Position numbers and translations under genes: made by a program. The notes under the pieces were generated by a model. That model searched no databases, was not told where the DNA came from, and was given only the letters and a program-made list of their open reading frames with translations. Shown here piece after piece: positions 17,402-33,018 of a DNA stretch of 39,560 nt. Position 1 is the stretch's first letter, and each line of letters opens with the position of its first letter. The DNA is from Planctomycetota bacterium (GTDB lineage: Bacteria; Planctomycetota; UBA8108): contig JAFGKN010000545.1 of the NCBI GenBank assembly GCA_016928605.1, positions 1 through 39,560 of the forward strand, in the 5' to 3' direction.

Positions 17402-18117
17402 GACCGTTCCAGGCTCTCTTCGATGTAGACGTACCCGCCGTTGGGGCCCGGGACAGCCCCCTTCACCACGAGCACGCTCTTCTCCTCGTCGATGTGCACT
17501 ACCGCGAGGTTGCGCGCCTTGCACTTCGCGTTCCCGTGGTGCCCCGGCATCTTCTTCCCCTTGAAGATCCGCCCCGGATCCGTGTGCATCCCCGTGCTTC
17601 CCGGCTCGCGGATGTTCTTCGACCCGTGGGACTTGTCCCCCGCGTTGAACCGGAAGCGCTTGATGGTCCCCGCAAAACCCCGGCCCTTCGACACGCCCTG
17701 GACGTCCACCTTGCCCACGTCCTTGAGGACGCGCACGTCGATGGTGGCTCCAGGCTCGAGCCCGGCCTTCACCGCCTCTTCTCCCCCCTCGCCCTCGGGA
17801 GCCTCACCTCCCTCTCCGGGGCGGGAAACATCCGTCTCGTCCACGAAGGGGACCTCCCGGAGGACGTACTTCGGCGACACCCCCCAACGCTCCAGCAGGG
17901 CCTGCTGGGGACGCTTCATCTTCTTGCGGCGATCGCCGAAGCCGAGCTGAACCGCCGAGTAGCCATCCCGATCCGGAGTCTTGACCTGGAGGATGGTACA
18001 AGGTCCAGCCTGGATGACTGTTACCGGCACCCAGTGGCCTGCCTCGTCGAAGATCTGCGTCATGCCGATCTTCCTGCCGAGGATCGCTTTGCGACTCTTC
18101 CTGCTTGTGCCTGCCAT
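17398..18117 (-). CDS. rplC: 50S ribosomal protein L3
   Basis: ILGRKIGMTQIFDEAG. Contains an acidic Gly/Glu insertion (PGEGGEAPEGEGGEE). Confidence 0.96.
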   Translation of the reverse strand: MAGTSRKSRKAILGRKIGMTQIFDEAGHWVPVTVIQAGPCTILQVKTPDRDGYSAVQLGFGDRRKKMKRPQQALLERWGVSPKYVLREVPFVDETDVSRPGEGGEAPEGEGGEEAVKAGLEPGATIDVRVLKDVGKVDVQGVSKGRGFAGTIKRFRFNAGDKSHGSKNIREPGSTGMHTDPGRIFKGKKMPGHHGNAKCKARNLAVVHIDEEKSVLVVKGAVPGPNGGYVYIEESLERS

Positions 18118-18202
18118 GGCTGATTAGCGTAGCGCCCTCTGCTCTGTCTCCGAGCGGCCGAGCCGTGGATCTCCCCGCCGAGGTCCGCAGGCTCGCTCGC
18201 CG

Positions 18203-18502
18203 TCACGCCTTCATCCTCAGGTTCACGCCCGCCGGCATGTTGATCTTGCGCAGGTCTTCCATCGTCCGCGCGCTCGGCTCCGCGATCTCGATGAGCCGTT
18301 TGTGCGTCCTGATCTCGAACTGCTCGCGAGACTCCTTGTCGACGTGGGGCGAGCGGTTCACGGTATAGCGCTCCACCCTCGTCGGCAAGGGCACCGGCCC
18401 GCACACCTTCGCTCCGGTGCGCTTGGCGGTCTCCACGATCTCGAGGGCCGCAGCATCGAGCACCTCGTGATCGTAAGCTTCCATCCGGATTCGTATCTTC
18501 AT
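18203..18502 (-). CDS. rpsJ: 30S ribosomal protein S10
   Basis: Trimmed to ATG 18502: [31 protein letters not shown]. Confidence 0.95.
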   Translation of the reverse strand: MKIRIRMEAYDHEVLDAAALEIVETAKRTGAKVCGPVPLPTRVERYTVNRSPHVDKESREQFEIRTHKRLIEIAEPSARTMEDLRKINMPAGVNLRMKA

Positions 18503-18871
18503 CGTCTCGTGCGTCGCATTTGCCGCGGGTCCTCGCCGCTCGGCAGCCCGCCCGCAGCTGGTGGCTTGCCGCTTGGAATGACTCGTTCCCTCTTCTCGAC
18601 TCTCCGCAGAGACACCCCCCCCGCCAGCTCCTCTATCGGATCGATCTCGACTCGGGTCACCGCCATCGAACCGCGGCTGTCGGCCGCACCGATTCCCCAG
18701 AGGCAGATCGATCGCCGAGCCCGGTCGGCCACGACCGCCCCGGAACCTGAGTCTCCACCGCGTCGGGAGAGAACCGGGTTCCCTTCCGGCCCGGACCACG
18801 CTCCCCCCGCATTCGTAAATCCAGTATTAGCTTGGACTAAGGGCTTTCCGAGGCAAGGGTTAAAGAGTGAG

Positions 18872-18899
18872 ATTATATCTCCGCCCAAGAGGCTGTCAA
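18872..18899 (-). promoter_or_regulatory. near-consensus sigma70 promoter TTGACA-16 nt-TATAAT for the S10 operon
   Basis: rc of 18894..18899 is TTGACA and rc of 18872..18877 is TATAAT. An AT-richer stretch lies upstream and overlaps the fusA stop. Confidence 0.75.
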
Positions 18900-18913
18900 C
18901 AGACAATCAGAAT

Positions 18914-20971
18914 CTAGAACCGAAACCTCTCGGCGACCTCCTCGCCGACCGGCTGGTAGGACTCGGGCTCGAGGCTGATCATCCCCCGTCCCTGGGTCAG
19001 GGAGCGCAGCGTACCGGTGTAGCCGAACACCTCCGAGAGCGGCACGGTGCCGCGGATCACCCGGAGGTGGCCCTCGAGATCGACTTCCCGGATGGTCGAG
19101 CGGCGCTTGCCCAGGTCTAGGGAAACCGCTCCGTAGTACTCCTCGGGGAGCAGGATCTCGAAGCGCATGACGGGCTCGAGGACCACGCTGCCCGCCCTGG
19201 AAAGGGCGTCGGCGAAGGCTCCGGCGGCGGCGGCCGCGAAGGCGACGGCGGTGCTCTCTCCAGGCCGGAACTCCCCGTCGATGACGGTGACCCGGATCTG
19301 GAGGAGGGGCAAGCCCAGATCCCCGCCCGACTCCAATGCGCCCTGAACCGCATCGAGGATCGCCGGGTGGAACTCGAGGGGGACCTTCTCCTTGCGGAGC
19401 TCGCTGCGGACTTCCGACCGCGCCAGCTCCGCGCCGGGAGCGGGGGCGACGCGCACCCGGACGCGCGCGAACTGGGTCCGTCCGCCGAGCTGACGGTCGA
19501 AGACCGACTCGCCCTCGGCGGACCGGAGAATCGTCTGGCGATACGCCACGCGGGGCGTTCCGACATTGGCCGCCACCCGGAACTCGCGCAGGAGCCGCTC
19601 CTTGATGATCTCGAGGTGCAGCTCTCCCATGCCGGAGACCACGATCTGCCCCGTGTCGCGGTCCTCCCTCTGGCGAAACGTCGGATCTTCTCGAGAGAGC
19701 TTCTCGAGGCTCTCGAGAAGCCGCTGCCTGTCGGCGATGCTCACCGGCTCGATCGCCATGGAGACCACTGTCTCCGGGAAGTGAGGCGGCTCGAGCGCGA
19801 TCTGGGCCGAAGGCTCGCAGATGGTATCTCCGGTGGATGTCTCTCGAAAACCCACGACCGCCACGATGTTGCCCGCCGCGGCCGCCTCGATCTTCTCGCG
19901 GTGGTTGGCGTGCATCAGGTAGATGTTCTGCGCGCGATCCTTCCGCAGCGTCCGGGAGTTGAGCACCTGGACTCCGGACCTGAGAGTGCCGCTGTAGACG
20001 CGGACATAGACCAGATCGCCGTGCCGATCCGTCACCGTCTTGAAGCACAGCCCGCTCATGGGCGCAGCCACGGTTGTCGGCCGCCGGATCTCCTTTCCCG
20101 TCTTCGGGTGGCGCCCCACCACCTCGGGGATGTCCTCCGGGGCCGGGAGGTAGTCGCAGATGGCGTCCAGCAAGGGCTGGATACCCTTGTTGCGCAAGGC
20201 TGCCCCGCAGAAGCAGGGTGTGATCCTCCGCCGGAGAGTGCCCTTCCGGATGGCTCTGCGGATGACCTGCTCGGAGACTTCCGCACCCTCGATGTACCGC
20301 TCCATGAGCTCATCGTCGTGCTCGGCGGCGACCTCGATGAGACGGGTGCGATAGGCGTCCACCGCCTCGGAGAGCTCGGGCGGGACCTCCGACTCGAGGA
20401 CCGTCTCGCCCAGGGAGGCCTCGTCGAAACGGACCGCACGACGGCGGATGAGATCGACGACCCCTTCGAAGTCCTTCTCGCGGCCCATGGGGATCTGCAT
20501 CGCGACCGGCTGCGCACCGAGCCGCCTGCGGATCGATTCCAGCACGCGGAAGTAATCCGAGCCCACTCGATCGAGCTTGTTGACGAAAACGATGCACGGG
20601 ACCCCGTAAGCGATAGCCTGGCGCCAGACGGTCTCTGACTGGGCCTGGACACCTGCGGTCCCGCAGAAGACACCGACGGCGCCGTCCAGGACGCGCAGGG
20701 AGCGCTCCACTTCCGATGTGAAGTCGACGTGCCCCGGAGTATCGATGATGTTGATCCTGTGATCCCGCCAGTAGATCGTGGTCGCCGCGGCCGTGATCGT
20801 GATGCCCCGCGCCTGCTCCTCCGGCATCCAGTCCATCGTCGCGCTGCCCTCGTCGACCTCGCCGATGCGGTGCTCCTTGTGAGAGTAGTAGAGGAACCGC
20901 TCCGTCGCGGTGGTCTTCCCCGCGTCGATGTGCGCGATGATGCCTATGTTACGGATCGGCTGCTGGGCCAT
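18914..20971 (-). CDS. fusA: elongation factor G
   Basis: Trimmed to ATG 20971: [21 protein letters not shown]. Also DTPGHVDF and NKLD. 685 aa. Confidence 0.95.
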   Translation of the reverse strand: MAQQPIRNIGIIAHIDAGKTTATERFLYYSHKEHRIGEVDEGSATMDWMPEEQARGITITAAATTIYWRDHRINIIDTPGHVDFTSEVERSLRVLDGAVGVFCGTAGVQAQSETVWRQAIAYGVPCIVFVNKLDRVGSDYFRVLESIRRRLGAQPVAMQIPMGREKDFEGVVDLIRRRAVRFDEASLGETVLESEVPPELSEAVDAYRTRLIEVAAEHDDELMERYIEGAEVSEQVIRRAIRKGTLRRRITPCFCGAALRNKGIQPLLDAICDYLPAPEDIPEVVGRHPKTGKEIRRPTTVAAPMSGLCFKTVTDRHGDLVYVRVYSGTLRSGVQVLNSRTLRKDRAQNIYLMHANHREKIEAAAAGNIVAVVGFRETSTGDTICEPSAQIALEPPHFPETVVSMAIEPVSIADRQRLLESLEKLSREDPTFRQREDRDTGQIVVSGMGELHLEIIKERLLREFRVAANVGTPRVAYRQTILRSAEGESVFDRQLGGRTQFARVRVRVAPAPGAELARSEVRSELRKEKVPLEFHPAILDAVQGALESGGDLGLPLLQIRVTVIDGEFRPGESTAVAFAAAAAGAFADALSRAGSVVLEPVMRFEILLPEEYYGAVSLDLGKRRSTIREVDLEGHLRVIRGTVPLSEVFGYTGTLRSLTQGRGMISLEPESYQPVGEEVAERFRF

Positions 20972-21212
20972 GACCTCGGCGCTCACCTGGAGTGAACCGC
21001 CTGCGCTCAGTTGAACGGAACCGCTCGGGCGGAGCCCTTCCTCTTCCGAGGAGCCGGCCGGCGACTCTCGCGAAGGGGCGCTTGTGTCACATCTCCCTGT
21101 CGCCAGCCGAGTCAGCGCGCACGCCGCGCGCACGCCGCGCGCTGCAGCGCGCTGACCTCCCAGGGCGCTCCAGCTCCCGCGAGAGCCGGCATCCAGGGGT
21201 CTGAACAGACAC

Positions 21213-21245
21213 AAAAAAAGGCCCGCGCTCGCTCGACCGCAGGCC
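21213..21245 (-). terminator. intrinsic terminator immediately after rpsG
   Basis: Minus strand: GGCCUGCG.UC-GAGC-GA.CGCGGGCC. That is 8 bp including one GU, one mismatch, 2 bp and a tetraloop. U7 (21219..21213) follows directly. Confidence 0.7.
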
Positions 21246-21253
21246 CGTGATCT

Positions 21254-21760
21254 TCACCAGGCGAAATGCGCGAACAGTTTGTTCGCCTCGGCCATCTTGT
21301 GGGTGTTCTCCCGCCAGGTGATGGACGCTCCCTGCCGGTTGTAGGCATCGGTCAGCTCGTCGGCCAGCCGCTGCGCCATCGGGCGCCCCTTCTTGGAGCG
21401 GCTGTTGCCGACGATGACGCGGATCGCCAGCGTCTGCTGTCGCTTGCGGTTGACCTCCATGGGCACCTGGTACGTCGCGCCGCCCACACGCTTGGACCGG
21501 ACCTCCAGGATGGGCTTGACGTTGTCGACGGCCTGGAGAAAGACCTCGAGCGGCTCCTTGTCCTTGATCCGCTTCTTGAGCATCTCCAGGGCATCGTACA
21601 CGATGCCCTGCGCCACCGTCTTCTTGCCGTCCCACATCACCTGGTTGATGAACTTCGAGAGCACCAGGTTCTTGTACCGGGGATCGGCCTTCAGGAAGCG
21701 CTCCGTCGACTTGAACTTGAACTTCGTCTTTTCGGTCTTTTTCTTCTTGATGCGAGGCAC
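21254..21760 (-). CDS. rpsG: 30S ribosomal protein S7
   Basis: VGGATYQVPMEV and C-terminal AHFAW. GTG start at 21760. Confidence 0.95.
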   Translation of the reverse strand: MPRIKKKKTEKTKFKFKSTERFLKADPRYKNLVLSKFINQVMWDGKKTVAQGIVYDALEMLKKRIKDKEPLEVFLQAVDNVKPILEVRSKRVGGATYQVPMEVNRKRQQTLAIRVIVGNSRSKKGRPMAQRLADELTDAYNRQGASITWRENTHKMAEANKLFAHFAW

Positions 21761-21781
21761 GTCTGGATCGACTTTCGAAAA

Positions 21782-22150
21782 TCAGCCCTTCTTCTTGCCG
21801 TACTTGGACCGCCCCTGCGAGCGAGTCTCAACGCCTTGCGTATCGAGGGTCCCGCGGATGATGTGATAGCGGACACCGGGCAGATCCCGCACGCGCCCGC
21901 CCCGCACCAGCACGATGTTGTGCTCCTGAAGGTTGTGCCCCACTCCCGGGATGTAGGCTGTGATCTCCTTGCCGTTGGTCAGCCGCACGCGAGCGATCTT
22001 GCGCAGCGCAGAGTTCGGCTTCTTGGGAGTCATCGTCTTGACCTGGAGGCACACGCCCCGCCTTTGCGGGCATCCGGCGAGCACCGGAGACTTGCTCTTC
22101 TTCCGGACCTTCTTGCGTCCCTTACGCACCAGCTGGTTGATCGTCGGCAT
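21782..22150 (-). CDS. rpsL: 30S ribosomal protein S12
   Basis: [14 protein letters not shown]...[10 protein letters not shown]. Confidence 0.98.
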   Translation of the reverse strand: MPTINQLVRKGRKKVRKKSKSPVLAGCPQRRGVCLQVKTMTPKKPNSALRKIARVRLTNGKEITAYIPGVGHNLQEHNIVLVRGGRVRDLPGVRYHIIRGTLDTQGVETRSQGRSKYGKKKG

Positions 22151-22193
22151 GGGAGATTACCGCTGAGGCCTTTCGTTCTCTTGTGACAGCTCG

Positions 22194-26384
<4,191 letters not shown>

Positions 26385-26475
26385 AGGAATGGTTCTCCTG
26401 TCTAGTGCTGTCCCGCCTCCCGGCGGCGGGCTCAGATGTTCGTAAGCGTTCAGCGTCGCAAGTCGGCATCGAGTC

Positions 26476-29400
26476 TCACTCCTCGATGCTCCTCGGTGCT
26501 CCGCGCTTCTTGTGAAGCTCCAGGTTGAGCCCCAGCCCCTTGATCTCGTGCGTGAGCACGTCGAAGGAGACGGGGGTTCCCGGCTCGAGAGTGTTCTCTC
26601 CCTTCACCATCGACTCGTAGATCTTCGCTCGACCGTCCACGTCATCGGACTTCACGGTCAGCAGCTCCTGAAGGACGCTCGCCGCTCCGTAGGCCTCGAG
26701 GGCCCAGACCTCCATCTCGCCGAACCTCTGCCCGCCGAACCGCGCCTTGCCCCCCAGGGGCTGCTGCGTGATCAGCGAGTAGGGGCCGGTCGCCCTGGCG
26801 TGGATCTTGTCGTCCACCAGATGGTGCAGCTTCATCATGTAGATGTATCCAACGGTGACGGGCTGCTCGAAGGGCTGGCCTGTCCGTCCGTCGTAGAGCG
26901 TGAGCTTCCCATCCTCCGGGTATCCGGCCTCTTTCAGGGCCTCGCGGATCTCTTCCTCCCGGCACCCATCGAAGACCGGCGTGATCGCCCGGAAACCCAG
27001 CTTCCTCGCCGCCAGACCGAGGTGCGTCTCGAGGATCTGGCCGAGGTTCATCCGCGAGGGAACACCCAGCGGATTGAGCACGATATCGACGGCAGTTCCG
27101 TCCTCGAGGAAAGGCATGTCCTCCACGGGCAGGATCTTCGCGATCACTCCCTTGTTGCCATGCCGCCCGGCCATCTTGTCGCCGACCGAGAGGTTTCTCT
27201 TTGTCGCGACGTAGACCTTGACCATCTCGAGTACGCCGGGGGGCAGCTCGTCGCCGCGGGTGAGCCGGTTGATCTCGCGGCTCTTCTGGTCCTCGATCTC
27301 CTCCAGCCGCGCGAAGTGCACCCTCAGGCATCCCTTGATCTCCTGAGCCTTCTTCGGCGTCGTGCGGCTGGAGATCAAGACCTCGGGAGCGAGGGCCACT
27401 TTCATCGCCGCGACGCTCTCCAAGTCCGCTAGCTTCTTGGCGGTGACCTGCTTGCCGTCCTCGCCGGTCGGCTTCTTGCCGAGAATCCCGCCGAGATCCT
27501 CGACCAGCTTGTCGAGCTGCTCGTGCAGCAACTCCGCGAACTGCTGATCGACCTCTGCGATCTTCTGCTTGTCTCTCTTGCGACTGTCGTCGGCGGAATA
27601 GGACTTTCGGGAGAAATGGCACGCGCCGATCACCACGCCCTCGACGCCCGAGGGGACCTCGAGGGAGTCGTTCTTGACGTCCTCTCCGGCGCGCCCGAAG
27701 ATCGCGTGGAGGAGCTTCTCCTCGGGGGAGAGCTCGCTCTTGGACTTGGGAACGACCTTCCCCACCAGGATATCACCCTGCTTGACGCGGGTCCCGATGC
27801 GAACCACCCCGTTCTCGTCGAGGTTCTTCAGCATCCGTTCGGAGACGTTGGGAATCTCCCGAGTGAACTCCTCCCGGCCGAGCTTCGTCTCGCGGATCTC
27901 GACCTCGAACTCGTCGATGTGGACGGACGTGTAGGCGTCCTCCTTCACGAGCCTCTCGCTGACGAGAATCGCGTCCTCGAAGTTGTAGCCATCCCAGCTC
28001 ATGAAGGCGACCAGGATGTTCCGGCCGAGCGCCAGCTCGCCCTTGTGCGTGCCCGCCCCGTCGGCGATGATCTGGCCCTTCTTGACGCGATCGCCCGCCT
28101 TGACGACCGGCCGCTGGTTGAGGCACGTCCGCTCGTTGAGCCCCTCGAACTTCCGCAGCCTGTAAACGCGGTCGTCGATATGGATCTCTCGAGCGTCCAC
28201 CCCCGTGACCACGCCCGGGGCCTCGGCGGTGACCACCATCCCCGAGAACTGGGCCACGGCCGTCTCCATGCCGGTCGAGATCAGGGCGGGGTCGGTCTTG
28301 ACCAGCGGCACCGCCTGACGCTGCATGTTCGATCCCATCAGGGCGCGGTTGGCGTCATCGTGCTCAAGGAAGGGGATAAGGGCCGCGGAGACTCCGACCA
28401 TCTGCCGCGGGGAGATGTCCATGTACTCGATGACCTTGCTGTCGACGATCTTGAAGTCGCCGTTGTAGCGGGCGAGGACGTAGTCGCCGGAGATCTTGCC
28501 GCTCTTCTCGACCTGGATGTCGGCCGGAGCGAGCCATCGATTCTCCTCCTCATCGGCGCGGAGGTAGACGACCTCGCCGGTCACCTTGCCGCTCTTCACG
28601 CGCAGGTAGGGCGTGACCAGAAAGCCGTACTCATCGATCTTCGCGTAGACGCCGAGCGACGAGATGAGACCGATGTTGGTGCCTTCCGGCGTCTCGATCG
28701 GACAGATCCGCCCGTAGTGCGAGATGTGGACATCCCGCACCTCGAATCCCGCCCGCTTCCTGTTGAGGCCACCGGGGCCCAGGGCGCTGAGACGGCGCTC
28801 GTGCGTGAGCTGGGAGAGAGGATTGGTCTGGTCGACCACCTGGGAGAGCTCTCCGCGTCCGAAGAAGAACTCGATGGCGCTGGAAATCGTCTTGGAGTTG
28901 ATCACGCTGCGCGGGGTCAGAGCCTCCTTCTCCATCAGGCTCATGCGCTCCTGCACGGTCCTCTTCAGCTTGAGGAATCCCTTCCGGAGCTCCTCGCCGG
29001 CAAGCTCCTCGATCGTCCGCACGCGCCGGTTGCCGAGGTGGTCGATGTCGTCGATCTCGCCCTCGCCGGTCCGGAGCTTGATGATGTACTGGATGGCGTT
29101 GACGAGATCTTCCTTGTGGAGAGTCAGCTCGGTCTCGGGGATCGAAGTGCCAAACTTCCGGTTGATGCGGAAGCGCCCGACGCGGCCGAGACGATACTTC
29201 GCCGGGTTGAAGAACTTGTCGTAGAAGAGCTCCTTCGCCTTGGCGAGCTGCGAGGGGTTTCCGGGGCGCAGCCGCTGGTAGATGCGGATCAGCGCATCCT
29301 CGTGGCTCTTGGAGAGGTCCTCCTTGAGCGTGTTGAGGATCAGCGGATCGCGGACGTCCGGGATGTAACGAACGACCCTGTCCTTGCCGCCGACCTTGCG

Positions 29401-30204
29401 CTTCTCCTTGTCGGTGAAGAGAGTCTGCGCGATCGTCTCCGTGATGATCTCGCCGCACTCTACGATCACCGTTCCGGTCGCCTCCTCCACGATGTCCTCG
29501 GCGCAGACCTTGCCCTTGACCTGAGAGAGCCACTTCTCGCCTGCGAGCTTGACCTCCTCCACCTTGTAGAAGAGGTCGAGGATTGCCCGGTTCGAGGAGA
29601 ACTCCTCGGCCATGGCCCGCAGCAGCGTCGTCGCCGCGAACTTTCCGCTCTGGTCGATCCGCACCGTGAGCGAGTCCTTCTTCGTCACGTTGAGCTCTAT
29701 CCAGCTGCCTCTCTCCGGGATGACGCGGCAGGAATGCAGACGCTTCTCGCTGGTGTGGATCTCCTCCGAGAAATCGACGCCGGGGGATCGATGGAGCTGG
29801 CTGACGATCACTCTCTCGGCGCCGTTGACGATGAACTCGCCGCCGCCGATCATGATCGGCATCTCGCCCAGGTAGACCTCCTCCTCGATGGGCTCTTCTT
29901 TCTCCAGCCGGAGGCGGATCTTGAAGGGCATGCCGTAGGTGAGGTGGAGCTGGTGGCACTCCTGCTGGGTGTAGCGGGGCCGCCCGAGCTCGTACCCGAC
30001 GTAGTTCAGCGAGATCTTCCCGTCGTAGCTCTTGATGGGAAAGATCTCGCGGAGAATCGCCTCCAGACCGACATTTTCGCGGTCCGAGTAGTGGACCTCG
30101 GCCTGCAAGAAGCGGCTGTAGGCATCGATCTGAAGCTCCATCAAGTTGGGAACTTCGACCGCGTCCTTTCCTTGACCATACAGTCGAATGGCCGTTTCGG
30201 ACAT
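26476..30204 (-). CDS. rpoB: DNA-directed RNA polymerase subunit beta
   Basis: [16 protein letters not shown] and conserved blocks throughout. ATG 30204 is preferred because GGAGAG lies 9 nt upstream. Alternatives are ATG 30219 and GTG 30252. Confidence 0.97.
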   Translation of the reverse strand: MSETAIRLYGQGKDAVEVPNLMELQIDAYSRFLQAEVHYSDRENVGLEAILREIFPIKSYDGKISLNYVGYELGRPRYTQQECHQLHLTYGMPFKIRLRLEKEEPIEEEVYLGEMPIMIGGGEFIVNGAERVIVSQLHRSPGVDFSEEIHTSEKRLHSCRVIPERGSWIELNVTKKDSLTVRIDQSGKFAATTLLRAMAEEFSSNRAILDLFYKVEEVKLAGEKWLSQVKGKVCAEDIVEEATGTVIVECGEIITETIAQTLFTDKEKRKVGGKDRVVRYIPDVRDPLILNTLKEDLSKSHEDALIRIYQRLRPGNPSQLAKAKELFYDKFFNPAKYRLGRVGRFRINRKFGTSIPETELTLHKEDLVNAIQYIIKLRTGEGEIDDIDHLGNRRVRTIEELAGEELRKGFLKLKRTVQERMSLMEKEALTPRSVINSKTISSAIEFFFGRGELSQVVDQTNPLSQLTHERRLSALGPGGLNRKRAGFEVRDVHISHYGRICPIETPEGTNIGLISSLGVYAKIDEYGFLVTPYLRVKSGKVTGEVVYLRADEEENRWLAPADIQVEKSGKISGDYVLARYNGDFKIVDSKVIEYMDISPRQMVGVSAALIPFLEHDDANRALMGSNMQRQAVPLVKTDPALISTGMETAVAQFSGMVVTAEAPGVVTGVDAREIHIDDRVYRLRKFEGLNERTCLNQRPVVKAGDRVKKGQIIADGAGTHKGELALGRNILVAFMSWDGYNFEDAILVSERLVKEDAYTSVHIDEFEVEIRETKLGREEFTREIPNVSERMLKNLDENGVVRIGTRVKQGDILVGKVVPKSKSELSPEEKLLHAIFGRAGEDVKNDSLEVPSGVEGVVIGACHFSRKSYSADDSRKRDKQKIAEVDQQFAELLHEQLDKLVEDLGGILGKKPTGEDGKQVTAKKLADLESVAAMKVALAPEVLISSRTTPKKAQEIKGCLRVHFARLEEIEDQKSREINRLTRGDELPPGVLEMVKVYVATKRNLSVGDKMAGRHGNKGVIAKILPVEDMPFLEDGTAVDIVLNPLGVPSRMNLGQILETHLGLAARKLGFRAITPVFDGCREEEIREALKEAGYPEDGKLTLYDGRTGQPFEQPVTVGYIYMMKLHHLVDDKIHARATGPYSLITQQPLGGKARFGGQRFGEMEVWALEAYGAASVLQELLTVKSDDVDGRAKIYESMVKGENTLEPGTPVSFDVLTHEIKGLGLNLELHKKRGAPRSIEE

Positions 30205-30648
30205 CTGCTGGCTCTCCATGGAGCGGTTGACCTGAAGCGGCGTCCATCCCACGCCGAGCGGAGCGCCTCTGCTTCAGGAGATCCTTCTCTCCGCGATCTA
30301 CCAACCCGTCATCCCCGCGGGACTTGGCGCCCGCAGGGATCGCTCACGGTGAGCAGCGCCGGGAGGACATCTTCGCGGGAATCGAGAGTGCGGGCGGGTG
30401 CAGAGAGAGAAAAAAACCCGCCGCTCGCCACGATTCCCGCTTCTCGCCTCCAGGCGGAGAAGAAACCACCACGCATGCCCCTCTGGCCGAGCGGAGCAGC
30501 GCCGCCGACCTTGCCGCCGGCGCCCCGAGGGCACCCGCGATCCGGATGTCCGGCGAACACGGCATCGCCGCCGCGCCGCGAGTCCTCGCGCACGCACCGT
30601 CCGCCGCCTCGCACGCGCCTGGCGGCCGGTCAAGGCCGCTTCCGCCTC

Positions 30649-31053
30649 TCACTTGAGCTCCACCTCGGCTCCAGCCTCTTCGAGCTGTTTCTTCAGCTTC
30701 TCGGCCTCTTCCTTGGTCACGCCTTCCTTCACCGGCTTGGGAGCGCCCTCGACCAGGTCCTTCGCCTCCTTGAGGCCGAGGCTCGTGATGGCCCGGACTT
30801 CCTTGATGACCTGGATCTTCTTGGCGCCGGCGCTCTTGAGCACCACGTTGAACGTGGTCTTCTCCTCGACGGGCTCGCCACCTCCGGCCGCCATGGGCAT
30901 GGCGATCGCCGCAGCCGCCGCCGGCTCGATGCCCTTCTCCTTCAAGGCCTCCTGGAGATCGAGGAGCTCCATGACATTGAGCTGAGTGAAAAGATCGACG
31001 ATCTGAGTGACCTTCTCCGAATGGATCTTGGCTTCCGCCGCGGCTTCCGACAT
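30649..31053 (-). CDS. rplL: 50S ribosomal protein L7/L12
   Basis: Trimmed to ATG 31053. [24 protein letters not shown]. Confidence 0.96.
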   Translation of the reverse strand: MSEAAAEAKIHSEKVTQIVDLFTQLNVMELLDLQEALKEKGIEPAAAAAIAMPMAAGGGEPVEEKTTFNVVLKSAGAKKIQVIKEVRAITSLGLKEAKDLVEGAPKPVKEGVTKEEAEKLKKQLEEAGAEVELK

Positions 31054-31177
31054 CGCTGCTATCCTCCTGGTATCTCCCCGCGCCGGCATCTCTCCGGCTC
31101 GCCCGGGGGGACAAAAAAACGAGAAATTCCTCTGGTGTGAGCGCCGCGACTCCTGCCGGCTCGAGGCGCCCTTCGTG

Positions 31178-31711
31178 TCACGATGCTTCGAGCTGCCGGG
31201 CCCGCTCCTTCGCGCATCCCGCGAAGTGCGACAGCAGGCTTCGCGTGGCCGAGGCCAGGTACTGGAGCGGCGAGAGGAACAGCCCCGCCGTCTGGCACAG
31301 CAGCGTCGGACGATCCGGAATCTTCGCCAGCTCGGAGACTTCCCCCGCCGAGAGCACTCGACCCTCGATCAGGCCTCCCTTCGCCGGCGCGAGATCCCTG
31401 TTCTTCTTCTGCCAGCTCACGAGCGCCTTGGCCGCGAGGATCGCACCCCCTTCCTCGCCGTGGAGGACCGCGGTCGGCCCTCGCAGCTGCTCGCAGAATC
31501 CGGCGGGCAGATCCTCACGCCCGGCCAGCGCACGACGGAGCAACCGGTTGTGCACGATCGTCAACCGCAGGCCGTCCTGCCGCAGATGACTCCTCAAGTC
31601 GGCGGTGTGCTCCGAATCGAGGCCATGATAATCGATCAGCACGCAGCCATCCAGCCCGGCGAAGCGCTTCTCGAAGTCGGCTACGACGATCTCTTTCAGT
31701 TCCTTGGCCAT
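31178..31711 (-). CDS. rplJ: 50S ribosomal protein L10
   Basis: Trimmed to ATG 31711 ([31 protein letters not shown]). Lies between rplA and rplL. Confidence 0.92.
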   Translation of the reverse strand: MAKELKEIVVADFEKRFAGLDGCVLIDYHGLDSEHTADLRSHLRQDGLRLTIVHNRLLRRALAGREDLPAGFCEQLRGPTAVLHGEEGGAILAAKALVSWQKKNRDLAPAKGGLIEGRVLSAGEVSELAKIPDRPTLLCQTAGLFLSPLQYLASATRSLLSHFAGCAKERARQLEAS

Positions 31712-31802
31712 TTGCTTGTCTGCTCCAGAGACTGCGGCCCGCCGCCGCATCCGGGTTCCTGAGCTGAGAGGCGCCGCCCGCGACGCCCGCCGCCGAGCCT
31801 GC

Positions 31803-32480
31803 CTACACCACGACCCGCACTCCGGGGCTCATCGTGGCGGAGATGGCGATCTTCTGGACGTAATTGCCCTTGGCCGCAGGCGGTTTGATCGAACGCAGGT
31901 GATCCAGGAACGCGGAGATGTTCTCCACGAGCTTCTCCGGGGGGAACGATTTCTTGCCCACGACCGCGTGGACATTGCCTCCGTCGTCGTTGCGAAACTC
32001 CACCTTGCCCGCCTTGAACTCGCGCACGACCTGACCGATGTTGTCGGTGACCGTGCCCGACTTCGGAGACGGCATCTTACCGTGAGGCCCCAGGATCCGT
32101 CCCAGCTTACCGACGTGGCGCATCATGGATGGGTGGGCGACGGCGACGTCGAAGTCCATCCACCCGCCCTGGATCTTCTTCGCCAGATCCTCGGCCCCGA
32201 CCTCGTCGGCGCCGGCCTCCTTGGCGGCCGTCGCGGCCTCTCCCTCGGCAAAGGCGATCACTCGCACGGCCCGCCCGATGCCGTGCGGCAGAGAGAAAGC
32301 GCCGCGGATCGTCTGCGCCGTGTTCTTCGGGTCGATCCCCAGCTTGACGGCCACCTCGACGGTCTCGTCGAACTTGGCGTTCTCGAACTTCTTGAGCGTG
32401 ACCACCGCCTCGGGCAGCGGCAGCGGGTCCGTTTTCGCCTTGTCCCGGTTTCTTCTGTACTTCTTGCTCTTCTTGGCCAT
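31803..32480 (-). CDS. rplA: 50S ribosomal protein L1
   Basis: Trimmed to ATG 32480 (MAKKSKKYRRNRDKA...FDETVEVAVKLGIDPK). Confidence 0.95.
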   Translation of the reverse strand: MAKKSKKYRRNRDKAKTDPLPLPEAVVTLKKFENAKFDETVEVAVKLGIDPKNTAQTIRGAFSLPHGIGRAVRVIAFAEGEAATAAKEAGADEVGAEDLAKKIQGGWMDFDVAVAHPSMMRHVGKLGRILGPHGKMPSPKSGTVTDNIGQVVREFKAGKVEFRNDDGGNVHAVVGKKSFPPEKLVENISAFLDHLRSIKPPAAKGNYVQKIAISATMSPGVRVVV

Positions 32481-32583
32481 GTCTTCGAAAACCTTCCTCT
32501 GCGGTTCTCTCCCACGCGGGCCGGGGGCCCCGCCCCGTGGTGCATTCACGCCTCCCGCCGGCCAGCGAGAGGTCCGCCTCGGC

Positions 32584-33018
32584 TCAACCCACCACCACCT
32601 TGATCCCCATGCTGCGGCAGGTTCCCTCGATCTGCCGGACGGCTCCCTCGATGTCGACCGAGTTGAGATCCTTGACCTTGATCCGGGCGATCTCCTCGAG
32701 CTGAGCCCGCGAGATGGAGCCCACCCCCTCGTGCCCCGGCGCCTGGGAGCCCTTGGCCAGCCCGACAGCCTTGCGAACGAGGACCGCGGCGGGCGGCGAC
32801 TTCAGGATGAAATCGAACGTCCGATCCGCGAAGACCGTCAGCTCGACGGGGATGATGGTTCCCTGCTGGTCGCGGGTCCTCTCGTTGAACTTCTGGACGA
32901 ACTCCCCGATGTTGACCCCGTGCTGCCCGAGAGCCGGACCGACAGGCGGCGCAGGCGTCGCCTGTCCGCCGGGAATCTGCAGCTTGACCTTCGCCTTGAT
33001 CTCCTTCTTGGGCGGCAT
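32584..33018 (-). CDS. rplK: 50S ribosomal protein L11
   Basis: MPPKKEIKAKVKLQIPGGQATPAPPVGPALGQHGVNI. Confidence 0.97.
   Translation of the reverse strand: MPPKKEIKAKVKLQIPGGQATPAPPVGPALGQHGVNIGEFVQKFNERTRDQQGTIIPVELTVFADRTFDFILKSPPAAVLVRKAVGLAKGSQAPGHEGVGSISRAQLEEIARIKVKDLNSVDIEGAVRQIEGTCRSMGIKVVVG

Noticed and set aside
18499-18906. 135-aa minus-strand ORF filling the fusA-rpsJ spacer and ending in ATGA with the rpsJ start; a possible upstream or leader peptide.
   Set aside because: Its start lies upstream of the consensus promoter. No SD precedes any internal ATG. It uses codons (ATA, AGA, CGA, GGG) and a composition typical of non-coding GC-rich DNA. It is kept only as a note in the S10-leader finding.
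30393-30470. U7 tract (30416..30410, minus strand) in the ~400-445 nt rplL-rpoB spacer, considered as the classical rplL-rpoB attenuator.
   Set aside because: No strong hairpin ends at the U-tract. The good hairpin CUUCUCcGCC-UGGA-GGCGAGAAG lies about 23 nt upstream. The U-tract itself sits in the loop of a 7-bp GGCGGGU/ACCCGCC pairing. Attenuation here is plausible by analogy to E. coli but the sequence alone does not support it.
31113-31119. U7 tract in the rplJ-rplL spacer, considered as a terminator.
   Set aside because: There is no adjacent GC-rich stem, only a 3-5 bp AU-rich pairing. rplJ-rplL are normally co-transcribed.
27523-31140. Very long plus-strand ORFs: 27523..31140 (1205 aa), 24093..26405, 22404..24026, 7903..9915, 34339..35988, 37006..38625, 776..2281, 19367..20638 and others.
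   Set aside because: Each lies antisense to a confidently identified conserved gene such as rpoB, rpoC, secY/rplO/rpsE, tuf, cysS or fusA. Their translations are Arg/Leu/Asp/Gly/Pro-rich low-complexity sequence. High GC3 on the sense strand removes stop codons from the antisense frames, so these are shadow ORFs.
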